NCBI GenBank assembly: GCA_964016885.1
Contig: OZ024753.1
Span: 20,150,001-20,214,000 of the forward strand
Length of the DNA stretch: 64,000 nt
Origin: Eledone cirrhosa
Lineage: Eukaryota
Direction: 5' to 3'
Shown here piece after piece: positions 28,096 to 43,175 of this stretch. Under the pieces are notes generated by a model. That model saw only the letters and a list, made by a program, of their open reading frames with translations, was not told the origin of the DNA and searched no databases. The first letter of the stretch is position 1; the number at the start of each line of letters is the position of its first letter. The translations under genes were made by a program, and so were the position numbers.

Positions 28096-28630
28096 TGGAA
28101 AAAATGAAATTCCATTTCTCACTCTTAGTACGGCTGATACTTAAATATAAGTATGTATACGTACATACATATATGTATACACACGTACACTAGTATGTAT
28201 ATACATACATACATGCACACACATACATATGTACGTATGGGTCCACCGAACATTTATTATCATGTTCGGTTTGTTTGTAAGCAGACAGCCCGAATTAGTA
28301 GCCGTACAGTGTTCGGCAAGCATCGTTGGTCTTTTGTTCAACACTGAGAAAGGAACTATGAACTCGTTTCTAGCTTATTAGCTGTCATCAGCATCGTATA
28401 CCGTCCTGTCAGTCGATTGAACGTTTGAAAATATATACTCTCCTTATGCATATTAACGGCTGAGCAGTCTAATTTGCACATCGAGTGAGTTAGTCGGCCG
28501 GGCGTACCGAAAACGATAAATGGAAAAAATGAAATTTCATTTCTCACTCTTTGTTCGGGTGATACTTAAATATAAGTATGTATACGTACATATATATATG
28601 TATACAGACGTACACTAGTATGTATATAGA
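28096..28630 (-). mobile_element. Family G tandem element (about 425-bp period, 1.25 units) with HHR at 28355-28397
   Basis: Minus strand acgatg-CTGATGA-c-agct-aata-agct-a-GAAA-cgag-TT-catagt. Unit start repeats at 28096 and 28521. Confidence 0.75.
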
Positions 28631-28688
28631 TACATACCCAAACATATATATATATATATATATATATATGTCTGTGTATTTATGTGTG

Positions 28689-28772
<84 letters not shown>

Positions 28773-29099
28773 GTATATTTGTGTATATGTATATGCATAT
28801 GTATGTATAAGAAAATAGATGTCCTACACGGGAGAAAGTATAAGGAAAGAAATCTAAAATGCAACTGAAGTCTTTTTAAGAGTATTTATTTATTTCCTTT
28901 AGCGGTTTCCCGCTTCTTATGCTTTTCAAACGTAAAATTGAGATGGATGGTTTGCCACACCAGAACCACAAACCCTCCAATTCAATTTTACTTTTGAAAA
29001 TAATAACCGGCAACCTCACCAAGCTACCTGTGCCCTACAAGACCAGCAAGAGGCAGACCACCTACCATTTCCTCAATGGCCAAGAAACCCCACACAGAA

Positions 29100-30925
29100 A
29101 GATGGAACGGGTGGACTAGAGCCACACGGACCCCCCAATACCACGATAAACTAAAGAAAATGATTGCACATGCGGTGGGGACCAGTATAAAATTAACCCT
29201 TAAGGAACATATGTTCAAATTTAATGGAAAAACATATGCCCAAAAGGAAGGAGCAGCCATTGGTGTTAGCGTTGCAGGTGACATAGCTAACCTATTCATG
29301 GTATGGTGGGACAATAAACTTAAACTTAAAGAACAATTAGAAGACAGCAACCTCTTAACCCTGATAATGTACTCGCGCTACGTTGATGGTATAAACATCG
29401 TAGTAAAAACACCCCCACTAGACAACAGTCAGGAATTAGAGAAAAATACCATGGAAAGCATCCAGCAAATAGCTAACTCCATCCACCAGAGTATTAGGGT
29501 TACTATAGACTACCCAAGTAAACAGCCCAACCACCGATTACCAGTACTAGACACAGAGCTCTGGTTAGAAACCATTAATAACAAAAAAACAAATCCTCCA
29601 TTGCCATTATGCCAAACCCATGACTTCCAAATATCTGATCCCCCGAAACTCTTTCGGATCATACCGAAATCAACATACTGATTGCGGATTTGGTACGGGT
29701 GATGAGAAATGTGTCCCGCATGTGCAACCGCAAAGAACTAGAGAGACACATACAACACTTCATCCACCGTATGCAGTTCGCTGGTTACAATCAGAGAGAT
29801 AAAATCAGAGTATATAGAGGAGCCAGAACCAAATGGGGAAAAATGGTAAATAATGATACAAATGTGACCTTCCCCATTGTATAGGAGCAAATTTTGGAAT
29901 AGAATAGAAAGAACTAGGAATAAGGTTAATAGAATAAACTCATGGTATGATAGCAATAAATACCAAAGTGTAATTTTCATCAATACAACCCTTAGAGGTG
30001 AATTAGCTTACAAATTTAGAAGGGCCTTAGATAAACATAAATTTAATATTAAGATAGTAGAAAGACCAGGTACCTCCATAAAAACACTTATTAGCAATAC
30101 ATACCCTTTTGAAAGACCTCCCTGTATAGATAAGAAATGCATAATCTGTAAACAAAGCCCCCATATTAATTGTAAAACTAGAAATGTCGTATATAGCATA
30201 AGATGTACTGAAGGATATGTATAGTGTACATAGGTGAAACAGCTCGTAGTATAGGAGAACGATTAAATGAACACTGGCGAGAGCTTCAAGATAGCAAAGA
30301 ATCATCTGTACTCTACCAACATGCTAAATTAGAAGATAAGGGCAAATTAGAGAACATAGAAATAAAAATAGAATCTACACACAGAAAAGACGCAATGTTT
30401 AGCCAAATCACAGACGCAATAAACATAAATGAACTCGAACCAAATTAAATAGAAAACATGAATGGAGTAGCAACATCACAACTTACAATTAAGGACAAAA
30501 TGAAAACACACACACACATAGAACAAACAACCAGCCAGTAACATGTAAATAAACAAATAAATAAACAAATAAAAACACACATAGACACCCGGATGTAACA
30601 CATGCGCAAACTAAGCACACAATACACACAAAAACAAGATGGTGTAGGACAAAACAAAGAAAAGAATCCTCAGTCACAGAAGAGGCCACAGAATGTGTGA
30701 CGAAAGAACTTTAACAATATATGAACAACCGTCTGGTTATGAAACCAACCAACCAACTGGAAATTTATAAATTCTTAAATTTATAAATTTAATTTATAAT
30801 AAATTGGAGTGAAAGCACCTGATGCGTATGTTTCTTATAGGCAACATCACCCTCCCAAAGTATAACAATATCGGTTTCAACACACGTTTTCAGATAAAAA
30901 TCTTGCTAAACAAATTCTGAAACGA
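29100..30925 (+). mobile_element. Decayed PLE (RT 29100-29600, linker, GIY-YIG to about 30480, 3' UTR), several frameshifts
   Basis: FKFNGKTYAQKEGAAIG...IANLFM, YSRYVDG, TIDYPS...LPVLD; CIDKKCIIC, NVVYSIRC, YIGETARS. Confidence 0.88.
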
Positions 30926-30986
30926 TATATATATATACATATATATATATATTTATATATATATATATAAACATTTATATATATAG

Positions 30987-31063
<77 letters not shown>

Positions 31064-31105
31064 TATATAAATATATAGGAATATACAGTTTCCTATATAA
31101 ATATA

Positions 31106-31303
31106 TAGGAAAACGTATGACCCCGACGGCAGAGTTCAAGCCTTATCGACGGCTATTTCTGGACTATTTACAGAAATAGCCTTCGAAACGGCTTGAGCTC
31201 TGCCGTCGGGGTCATACTTTTTCCTAATTCCGACTCTACTACCCTAAGTATTGAGTAATCTGGTGCGTTATGGTCCATCTGATCCCTTACCACAGTTCCT
31301 TTG

Positions 31304-31305
<2 letters not shown>
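31106..31305 (+). mobile_element. Fold-back element (arms 31106-31161 / 31171-31226); same family at 40849-41068
   Basis: gaccccgac.gc.gag.tcaagcc...cgaaacggcttgagctc.gc.gtcggggtc plus shared tail actctactacc..aagtattgagta. Confidence 0.75.
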
Positions 31306-31352
<47 letters not shown>

Positions 31353-31414
31353 CAAAAGTTTAACAAGACTGGAATTGAACCGTCAGCACAGTTGAGGTAT
31401 GTCAGACATCAATT

Positions 31415-31480
31415 TATTTTATCTGATGAGGACGCACCGATGAAATAGCTCAGTACCTCTGAAATATGTATAATAAAATA
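31415..31480 (+). ncRNA. Hammerhead motif related to family A
   Basis: tattttat-CTGATGA...GAAA-tatgta-TA-ataaaata. Perfect 8-bp helix I, weak helix II. Confidence 0.55.
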
Positions 31481-31518
31481 TATTTGATTACATGAATGTC
31501 TATATTGATATTTTGAAG

Positions 31519-31571
<53 letters not shown>

Positions 31572-31759
31572 GGCAAACAGCACGGACACTCTATCTCAAA
31601 ATTATTTTTGAAAAGCATTTAGAAATGCGCAACCGGTAAAAACTTAAAAACTTAAAACCACAACTGAATACTAACCCATACAATCACTAATACTCTTTTA
31701 TTCCTAATTAAACCATTTTTCAACTGTGAACAATTTGTCAGCATTTTCTATTCCGTTTA

Positions 31760-31872
<113 letters not shown>

Positions 31873-32051
31873 GAGAGGTTATCTACCATTTGAATAAGGT
31901 TTGATATTCCTTATTTAAATGACAAATTATGTTTCGGTTATTTGTTATTCGCTATCTTGATATCTTTTGGTGAAGAACTGAAAGAGAAAAGTAAAATATA
32001 TTTTGAAGACGATTAATGTTCAACTTGACAAATTTACGCACCATCAGATCT

Positions 32052-32093
<42 letters not shown>

Positions 32094-32156
32094 CATTCAG
32101 ACATATATATATAATCCCTTATACACAAATATGTTTTCATATATACATATATATGC

Positions 32157-32235
<79 letters not shown>

Positions 32236-32300
32236 GACATATATATATATACATTTTTTTCCGTTCATATATATATATTTATATGTATATGTATATATAT

Positions 32301-32340
<40 letters not shown>

Positions 32341-32343
<3 letters not shown>

Positions 32344-32761
32344 AAAGTTCTATTTAAATTGTTGGGATACAACAAGCAAATATTTTTATAACTGATATAA
32401 AGCACTCAATAAATATTTGGAGTAACAATACGATATTAACAAATGGAAACTATATTTATAAAACCATATTTATTTCATTATACATATTTCAAGGACACCA
32501 AGTTAAATTATGGTGTGCTTTCATCAGATAAAATATAATATAGATCAGTTTTATAAATAAATATTGATTATCCCGGACTATCCGGGAGCTTCCAACAGAA
32601 ATGGTCGCATTCTTTAAGGGTATGTCAATATTTATTTATAAAACTGATCTATATTATATTTTATCTGATGAAAGCACACCATAATTTAACTTGGTGTCCT
32701 TGAAATATGTATAATGAAATAAATATGGTTTTATAAATATAGTTTCCATTTGTTAATATCG

Positions 32762-32764
<3 letters not shown>
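32341..32764 (+). mobile_element. Fold-back family A pLTR remnant with HHRs at 32471-32535(-) and 32657-32721(+)
   Basis: Arms 32428-32567 / 32625-32764, homologous to 2329-2553 and 6185-6324. Confidence 0.82.
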
Positions 32765-32793
<29 letters not shown>

Positions 32794-32829
32794 TATATAT
32801 ACATATATATATAAATATATATATATGTC

Positions 32830-33810
32830 TGTGTGTGCACATATATATGTGTGAGTGTTTGTGTAGACGCATATATACATATATATATATGTGTCAGTGT
32901 GTGTGTGTATTTATGTATTTATGTATGCGCATATATGTGTGTGGGTCTCTGTGTGTTTGTGTGTGCATGTATGCACATATATGTGTGTGTGTGTATGTGT
33001 GTATGTATGCACTTATATATGCGTGTATGCGCGCGTGTGTATGCACATATATATGCGTGTGTAATTGTGTGTATGTATGCTCATGTGTGTGTCAGTATGT
33101 ATGTATGTATGTATGTATGTCTGCTCATGTGTGTGTCAGTATGTAGGTGTGTGTATGTATGTATGCTCATGTGTGTGTCTGTATGTAGGTGTATGTATGT
33201 ATGTATGTATGTATGCTCATGTGTGTGTCTGTATGTATGTGTGTGTATGTATGTATGTATGTGTCAGTATGTAGGTGTGTGTATGCATGTATGTATGCTC
33301 ATGTGTGTGTCTGTATGTAGGTGTATGTATGTATGTATATATGCTCATGTGTGTGTCTGTATGTAGGTGTATGTATGTATGTATGTATGTATGTGTGTAT
33401 GTATGTATGTATGTATGTATGATCATGTGTGTGTCAGTGTGTAGGTGTGTGTATGTATGTATGTATGCTGACGTGTGTGTTTGTATGTAGGTGTGTGTAT
33501 GTATGTATGTATGTGTCAGTATGTAGGTGTGTGTATGTGTGTATGTATGTATGTGTCTGTATGTAGGTGTGTGTATGTGTGTATGTATGTATGTGTCTGT
33601 ATGTAGGTGTGTGTATGTATGCTGATGTGTGTGTCAGTATGTAGGTGTGTGTATGTATGTATGTATGTGTCAGTATGTAGGTGTGTGTATGTATGTATGC
33701 TGATGTATGTGTCAGTATGTAGGTGTGTGTATGTATGTATGTACGCTCATGTGTGTGTCTGTTTGTAGGTGTGTGTATGTATGTATGTACATATATATAT
33801 GTATGTGTGT
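32830..33810. repeat. Compound GT/GTAT microsatellite with an emerging 30-45-bp higher unit
   Basis: Recurrent gtatgtaggtgt...gtatgctcatgtgtgtgtc. Confidence 0.7.
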
Positions 33811-34463
33811 CTGTAATATTCTTATAATATGGAATGAACAGAGTATGTTATGCAGGAGAGGGTGAAAATACATGATTTACGATATTTAAAGTGTAGTTCT
33901 GCATCAAGACAGAACATTAGGGATATATTTGCCAAGACCAGTGACATAATCATTCCTAAAATTGAATGAAATTGAATGAAGAAAGATTGATCATCATTCT
34001 ATATTGAATTCATTCCAAAAATACCTTATATATTATTGCTTATTGATATCCCGAAATTTTCCAATCTTGTAGATTTGACTGAAAAACTGTTAATATGTCA
34101 GAATATGACATCACTTGCTGTCCTGCTAACTCCTATGTAGACATTAGAGAGCTCTCTCTCTCTCTCTCATTCCCCCCCCCCTCTAATATCTCTCTCTCTC
34201 ACTCTCTCTCTCTCCCTCTCTATCTCTCTTTTTCTCCCCCTCTCTCTCTCTATCTTTATCTCTCTCACACACTCTCTCTCTATCCTTCACTCTCTCTATC
34301 TATCTCACTCTCTATCTATCTCACTCTCTATCTCTCTTTTTCTCCCCCATCTCTCTCTCTCTATCTCTCTCACTCCCTCTCTATCTCGCTCTCTTTCACT
34401 CTCTTCCTGTCTCTTTCTCACTCTCTCTCTCTTTCCCCCACCCCCATCTCTCCCTCTCCCTCT

Positions 34464-34496
<33 letters not shown>

Positions 34497-34813
34497 AAGG
34501 AAAGTACCAATATGTTTTGTATGGTAACATAATCCAAATATTCTCCGAACAAAAGTATAGACAGGTAGACAGGTAGTCTCAAGAACCGTATTTACACTTG
34601 AAATGTAAATATCCCAGAAAGTAGAAAGTGTAGGGACGAGACTGCGCAGGTTTAACGTTGAGTAACATACAAGTTATTCCTCTAAACTCACGTGACAAAT
34701 TCAAAGGTTTGTGGATTCCACCATAACTAATCTTTTGAAACACAATGTAGTAGGTTTTATGGAACTGAGAAAGTACTGGGGTGTGTTACCTTCGAAACTG
34801 TCAGCAGCCCCTA

Positions 34814-34892
<79 letters not shown>

Positions 34893-35743
34893 ACATACAT
34901 ACACACACAGAGACACATATACACACAGACACACACAGGCGCAGGCACACACACACACACACAGACACACACACAGACGCACACACACGCAGACACACAC
35001 ACACAGAGACACACACATACACCCCCCCACACACACACACGCGCGCAGGCACACACACACACATACACACACACACACACAGGCACACACACAACAGACA
35101 CACACACACACACACACGCAGACACACACACACACACACAACCCCCCCCCCACACACACACACATACACACAGACACACAGACACACAGACACACAAACG
35201 CACACACACACAAACAGAGACGCACACACTCACATCCACACACACACATTCACACACAGACACACACAGACTCACACACGTGAATGCGACAAACTTATTA
35301 GTATATTGTGAAATTCATTCGGTAGCAATAGTAAAAGAAATATGAACGTGTGGGATTAGACAAGTATATATAGTATATATATCATAGTATATATAGTATA
35401 GTATATAATATATAATATATACTATATATAGTATAGTATACATAGTATAGTATATATAGTGTAGTATATATAGTATAGTATACATAGTATAGTATATATA
35501 GTGTAGTACATATAGTATATGCAGTATGTATGTAATTGTTTTCAATATTAGTTGTTTTATTGTGTCCGTTGTATAAAATATATTTATTGATTATAAATCC
35601 TTATGTTTACACAAGATGTTTCAAAATGTCACCTTTGTATGAGGCACCTGACCTATCACGCAATATTTCTTTAGCACTGTCCTGTTTGTTCCCACACGTT
35701 TTCTCTCTGTCTCTCTCTCTCTATCTCTCTCTCTCTCAACCCC

Positions 35744-35856
<113 letters not shown>

Positions 35857-35933
35857 GTTGTTTACCGACACCTCAGCATGCAGATTGGAGCAGTGGTGGA
35901 CGAAGGACGCAGGTTGGTTTGTTTATTCCGGAG

Positions 35934-36082
35934 ACATGTTGTTGAAGTGCGTTTTACTCCGTCAATACATCGATATGTCCAGGTGTTATTACACCTCCGA
36001 GGAATCATATATACTATAGTATATATAGTATAACAGCACACATCGATGTATTGACGGAGTGGAACACACTTCAACAACATGT
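35934..36082. repeat. Inverted repeat, about 45-bp arms
   Basis: acatgttgttgaagtgcgttttactccgtcaatacatcgat / atcgatgtattgacggagtggaacacacttcaacaacatgt. Confidence 0.7.
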
Positions 36083-36231
36083 GACCTTGTCTTTTCCACA
36101 CCGATTCGGACTGCCTAAAGAGGTTACAGTCAATGATGGCTGTCACCGAAATATATATAGCAGTAAATTTATCATTTATGATAAACGAAGCCAAATTTTA
36201 CATATTTGACTTACTTATTATATATATATAT

Positions 36232-36572
36232 AAAATAACAGATTAAAGTTTATGCAAAGAATCGCTACAACCGAATTTCTTCGGTTGCAGCGATTTTCCA
36301 AATATTTACCTTTGCGTTCACAGATTGATTTTTTTTTTTAGTTTCAGAAGATCCCGTTAAGGGTGAAAGCAGCGATTCTTTGCATAAACTTTTATCTGTT
36401 ATTTTCATAAATATTTGCTCTATGGTTCTTATATATTTGATATATATTTATCCTTATAGAGCCCTCTAAAAGAAGAAGAAGAAGAAGAAGAAGAAGAAGA
36501 AGAAGAAGAAGAAGAAGAAGAAGAAGAAGAAGAAGAAGAAGAAGAAGAAGAAGAAGAAGAAGAAGAAGAAGA
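36232..36572 (+). repeat. Copy of the 1195-1378 family with short 5' inversion, followed by (GAA)n
   Basis: 36232-36265 is the reverse complement of about 36371-36405; (GAA)n at 36470-36572. Confidence 0.7.
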
Positions 36573-38348
36573 TAAACCTTGGTACAGTAAAGTATGTTTG
36601 ATAAATGATAAGAATGACTTTTCTGGTGGTTAGTATTCTTTAATTTCCAACTATTTTACACCATATAGTTCCCATCACTCTAGCGGTGATCAGATGTTTT
36701 GATCGAGTTTCTCAGCGATCTTCACACTGGCTTCAAACTCATATTCCAAAAGACATACGTGGCTCAATAGCACTGACTGAATCAGGAACTACCAACCAAT
36801 AGCGTTGACAGGATCAGGAACTACCAATAGCGTTTACAGGATCAGGATCAGGAACTACGAACCAATAACTTTGACAGGATCAGGAATATTTCTCACCATA
36901 AAACAGTAAAAGGTAGCTGATCCTATTTGTTAAGATTTGTATTTAGAATAAATAGAGATTTATCATTATTTCCATCCTTTAATTATGACGATGCTTAACT
37001 CATCAACGGACAAAATGGAATATTGTTAATTTAGATGCAAAAATGTAGGAGAGAGAGTATGAAGGGGAAAGGGTACGAGAGGGCAAGTGTGGGGTAGAGA
37101 AAGTGTAGGAGGGAGAAAGAGTAGGAGAGGCAAAGACTAAGAGGGGGAAGAGTAGGAGGAAAAAGAGATTCGGTTAATCAGAATGAATGACAAAGTAACA
37201 AAGAATACAAGAAACAGTCTTAGATCGCTTTGAAAAGAATTGTTCCAATAAACGTTAATGACGGAAACTCAATCCTCACAACCTACATAACATGACACTA
37301 CATCAAATTGCACTTATTTATTTGTATCTAATTATGTATATATATTTATGCGTGTATTTGTGTATATATATGTGTGTGTGTGGATGCGTGTGCTTGTGTG
37401 TGTGTGTATGTGTATGTTTGTGTGTGTGTGACTCTAGGTGCGTGTGTTTGCCAACTAGAAAACAAACACCATTTAGAAGGGTTTATATGTATTTATTATA
37501 TATATTATTTTATATTTTTCTTACTCAACTTATTAAACTCACAAATCTATGGATTCAATTTCCCTTTCAATGTGTTGCTATTTAATGGAAAGTTTTAAAT
37601 TAAAAAAAAATTAAAAGGAAATATCACCATTCGTGGAGAAAATATTCCATTAAAAGGATATGATATCGAAATTTGGTTTGATTTTATGTTTATCTAGATG
37701 ATACCTCCCCACATAGTATGCCGCATGGTCGAAGACAACAAGATCGCTTCACAATCCTTATTTTCTAAGTTCGATTCCATTGCGAAGAATCGTGGACAAG
37801 TATCTTTTATCAAGGTTCCGCTCGACTGAAGACGGAAACTGTTTGGGAGAAATTCTGATGGATGGTACCTGCTATTCCATGGGGTAGCTTTGTCTCTTTC
37901 GATAGTGACACACTCGTTCTTCCTGAAGAATATACAGCTCAGTTCATGTTACAAAAACTTTTTTATTCAGTTTACACATTACAGTATTATTTTAGATTAG
38001 AAGTGTTGATATCTCTCTGAAGCCTCTCCCAAATTATGTCGTGCCAATATTGATTTTTGATTTTGACATATGTCCATCACATATGGGGAAGGGGAAACTT
38101 TATTAAACCAAGTTCCGTACCTGACAGATACTTTACTTTATCAACCCAGATGGGTGGAAAACAAAGATTTGAGCTGAGAATGTAAAGAGCCAAAAACTGT
38201 GGGGAAGGGGAAAGTTGATTGTATCCAGTCCTGTACTTGACTGGTACTTTGTCTTTGGCGTCCGACCCTCTACCGATACTGCCAATCCACATATATAATA
38301 TATATATATAATATATATATAATATATATATATATATAATATATATAT

Positions 38349-39288
38349 CTAAGGCGGGTAAAATTCCCGAGATCCATGGACGAGTTCTCTCCAGCGGTCT
38401 CTGTCCCTCATTATCGCTGCCATATCCTGCATCTCCAACAAACCAGTGTCTGTCCTTAGGGCATCAACATATGTTAACCTTGGTCTTCCTCTTCTAGTGT
38501 GTCCATGTAGGGGCTCCCAAAGGAGCACTGAGTGCAATGTCAACTCTGGATGTCGGTGAGCATGTCCAGCCAACCTCAGTCTCCTCTGTGTCACATTTGA
38601 GCTGACTCTTGGGATGCCCCCATACAGTTCTGAGTTTTTCATCCTCAGTGTATACTGATTAATGTTCAGAGCCATCCTCAACATTCTCGTGTAGCACCCA
38701 TCCACCATCTGAGTGAGTTTCATGGTCAGTGTCCAAGTCTCAGACCCATACAGCAGCACAGACTCCACTACAGCAATGAAGAGGCGGATTTTCAGGTCTC
38801 TACGAAGGTCCGACTTCCACACCGATCTCAAGCTGTGGCACGCCGCCCAGGCCTTGCTCTTCCTCTCAACCACATCATCTTCCGTATTCCCAATCTTTGC
38901 TCCCAAATACAGGAAGTCCTCAACCAATTCCAGCGGCTTCCCGCCTACATTAGTGATACCCTCTGGCTTCTCAACATTCTCTACCAGATATTTTGTTTTA
39001 GTCTCATTCATTCTCAGCCCCACACTCATCGACACAGTCTCAACCTCCCGCATCAAATCCTCTGCCTCCTTCACTGTATTTGTCACCAAAACTATGTCGT
39101 CGGCAAATTCAGCATCCGATACCTTTTTCGCCCTAACTCTCCTGCTCTGAGCCGGTGCTACAGTAAAGCCAGAGTCCTGGTGTTTCTCCAGTGCAAGGCG
39201 CATACAATAGTCCACTACGATGATAAAAAGATAGGGAGCCAATGTATCTCCCTGGAGCACTCCAGCCAGTATCTCAAAGAACTCTGTC
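38349..39288 (-). mobile_element. 5'-truncated RTE-like LINE, uninterrupted RT C-terminal frame
   Basis: GVLQGDTLAPYLF, FADD, FLYLG, LLYGSETWTL, RRLRLAGH, RRGRP.LT, DRDRWR. The stop codon abuts the TA-rich tract. Confidence 0.92.
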
Positions 39289-39320
39289 ATATATATATAT
39301 ATATAATATATATATACATA

Positions 39321-39354
<34 letters not shown>

Positions 39355-39376
39355 TATACATAATATATATATATAC

Positions 39377-39426
<50 letters not shown>

Positions 39427-39435
39427 ATATATATA

Positions 39436-40315
<880 letters not shown>

Positions 40316-40361
40316 GATATATAAATATAATATATATATATATAATATATATATATATATT

Positions 40362-40424
<63 letters not shown>

Positions 40425-40552
40425 TATTAAGAGAGTAAAACAAAGAATCCTTAATTTTTCGGCTCTGTTTAACTGCATTGAGCTATACCTTTTACTGTCA
40501 TTTCTATAATACGAAGAGGGTGTTTGACTCAAACACGCTCCAGTATTCTAAT

Positions 40553-40632
<80 letters not shown>

Positions 40633-40736
40633 TATATATAATATATATCTATATATAATATATCTATATATAATATATAATATATATATAATATATATTT
40701 ATATATATATATAATATATATATATATATAATATAT

Positions 40737-40768
<32 letters not shown>

Positions 40769-40848
40769 ATATATAATATATATATATAATATATAATATA
40801 TATATATATATAATATAATATATATATATAATATATATATATAATATA

Positions 40849-41068
40849 TAATAGGAACCAGTAAGACCCCGACAGCTGAGCTCAAGCCGTTTCGACGGCT
40901 AATTCTCAGAGAATTCTCAGAGAATTTCGACGAGAATTAGCCGTCGAAACGGCTTGAGCTCAGCTGTCGGGGTCTTACTGGTTCCTATTACCCACTCTAC
41001 TACCTCAAGTATTGAGTACTTTGGTGCGTTATGGTCCACCTGGTTCCTTACCACATTTCCTTCGTTAT
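40849..41068 (+). mobile_element. Fold-back element, family of 31106-31305
   Basis: Perfect arms of about 60 bp around a short gagaattctc-repeat spacer. Confidence 0.75.
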
Positions 41069-41181
41069 AATATATAATATATATATATATATATAATATA
41101 TATAATATATATATATATATATAATATATATATATAATATATATATATAATATATATATATATATAATATATATATATAAT

Positions 41182-41232
<51 letters not shown>

Positions 41233-41310
41233 TATTAGGGTAAATATTGATGCAATTCAATTCAAGCACTCAACGTACTTTTTCCACATAGGAGTGACGG
41301 AGGAAATATC

Positions 41311-42077
41311 GAATAAGGAAAAGCGAAGTAGTTTCAGATGTTCAAGTCCTTTAATAATAATGCTGTGATATATATTTCAATGGCGACACTGGCCACACTG
41401 TTCTGTGTGCGAGTGTCGTGACATCATCAGACAGCTTGTTACATAATAAGGTTATGTTTCCGAGGCAATCCAAATTGAATCGACATGGGAACGGATGAGA
41501 TGCGTGCTTTTGGGTTTATCACCCGTTCCCCTGTGAGTACCAATTCACCCCCACCGGTCTGCGCGGGCGCATTTCTGAAGGAAGTTGACCATTAGCTACC
41601 GCAGATTTTAACGAAATTCGCTTAGTCATTTCACCCTCTCAGTGACACAATGGCCCGTACCATAGTTTACTGCTACCCATCACGACTGTGGTAGTCAGTC
41701 GAAAGCCAGAGCGGGTGGGAGAGTGTTAGTTTTTACAGGTCATAATACTACCTCTCACCTAGCGTGGACAGTACGACTGACCATCAACTCAAAGGGAAAA
41801 TAAACTTAATTCTAAGTATCACCGCGCAGGCCGGTGGGGGTGAATTGGTACTCACAGGGGAACGGGTGATAAACCCAAAAGCACGCATCTCATCCGTTCC
41901 CATGTCGATTCAATTTGGATTGCCTCGGAAACATAACCTTATTATGTAACAAGCTATCTGGTGATGTCACGACACTCGCACACAGAACAGTGTGGCCAGT
42001 GTCGCCATTGAAATATATATCACAGCATTATTATTAAAGGACTTGAACATCTGAAACTACTTCGCTTTTCCTTATTC
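41311..42077. mobile_element. Fold-back element with 256-bp arms (41311-41566 / 41822-42077) carrying HHR family H
   Basis: Minus 41362-41435: gctgt-CTGATGA-t...cgacact...agtgtcg...t-GAAA-tatata-TC-acagc. The plus copy at 41953-42026 has the core mutated to CTGGTGA. Confidence 0.8.
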
Positions 42078-42183
42078 TATAATATATATATATATAATAT
42101 ATATATATTTATATATATATCATATATATATACAATATATATTATATATATATATATATAATATATATATATATATAATATAT

Positions 42184-43175
42184 AAACGGAAAAAATGAAA
42201 CGAAATTTCATTCCCACTCTTAGTACGGCTGTTACTTAAATATAAGTATGTCCACGTACATACATATATGTATACAGACGTACAGTAGTATGTACATATA
42301 TAACATACATGCACACATATATATATATGTACGTATGGATTCACCAAACATTTATTATAATGCTCGGTGTGTTTGTAAACAAACATCCCGTATTAAGCCG
42401 TAGTATCTAGCAACTATTGTTGCTCGTTTGTTCAACACTGACAAGGGAACGCTGTACTAGTTTCAAGCTTATTATCTATCGTCAGCAACGTATACCTTCC
42501 TGCCAGATTGTTGAACGTATATACTTACCTTATGCATATTAACGGCTGAGTAGCCCAATTTACATATCGAGTGGGTTAATCGGCCGGGTGTACCGAAAAC
42601 AATAAACGGAAAAAATGAAACGAAATTTCATTTCTCACGCTTAGTACGGCTGTTACTTAAATATAAGTATGTACACGTACATACATATATGTATCCAAAC
42701 GTACAGTAGTATGTACATATATATACAAACATGCACACATATATATATGTACGTATGGATTCACCGAACATTTTTTTATAATGCTCGGTGTGTTTGTAAA
42801 CAAACATCCCGTATTAAGCCGTAGTGTCTAGCAACCATCGTTGCTCGTTTGTTCAACACTGACAAAGGAACGCTGTACTAGTTTCAAGCTTATTAGCTAT
42901 CGTCAGCAACGTATACCTTCCTGCCAGATTCTTGAACGTATATACTTACCTTATTCATATTAACGGCTGAGTAGACCAATTTGCATATCGAGTGGGTTAA
43001 TCGGCCGTGTACATACTTATATTTAAGTAAAAGCCGTACTAAGAGTGGGAAATGAAATTTCGTATCATTTTTTCCGTTTATCGTTTTCGGTACACCCGGC
43101 CGATTAACCCACTCGATATGCCAATTGGGCTACTCAGCCGTTAATATGCATAAGGTAAGTATATACGTTCAACAA
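42184..43175 (-). mobile_element. Family G tandem element: about 2 units of 421 bp plus an inverted piece; HHRs at 42449-42491 and 42870-42912
   Basis: Minus strand acgttg-CTGACGA-t-agct-aata-agct-t-GAAA-CTAG-TA-cagcgt. 43008-43175 is inverted relative to the units. Confidence 0.85.
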
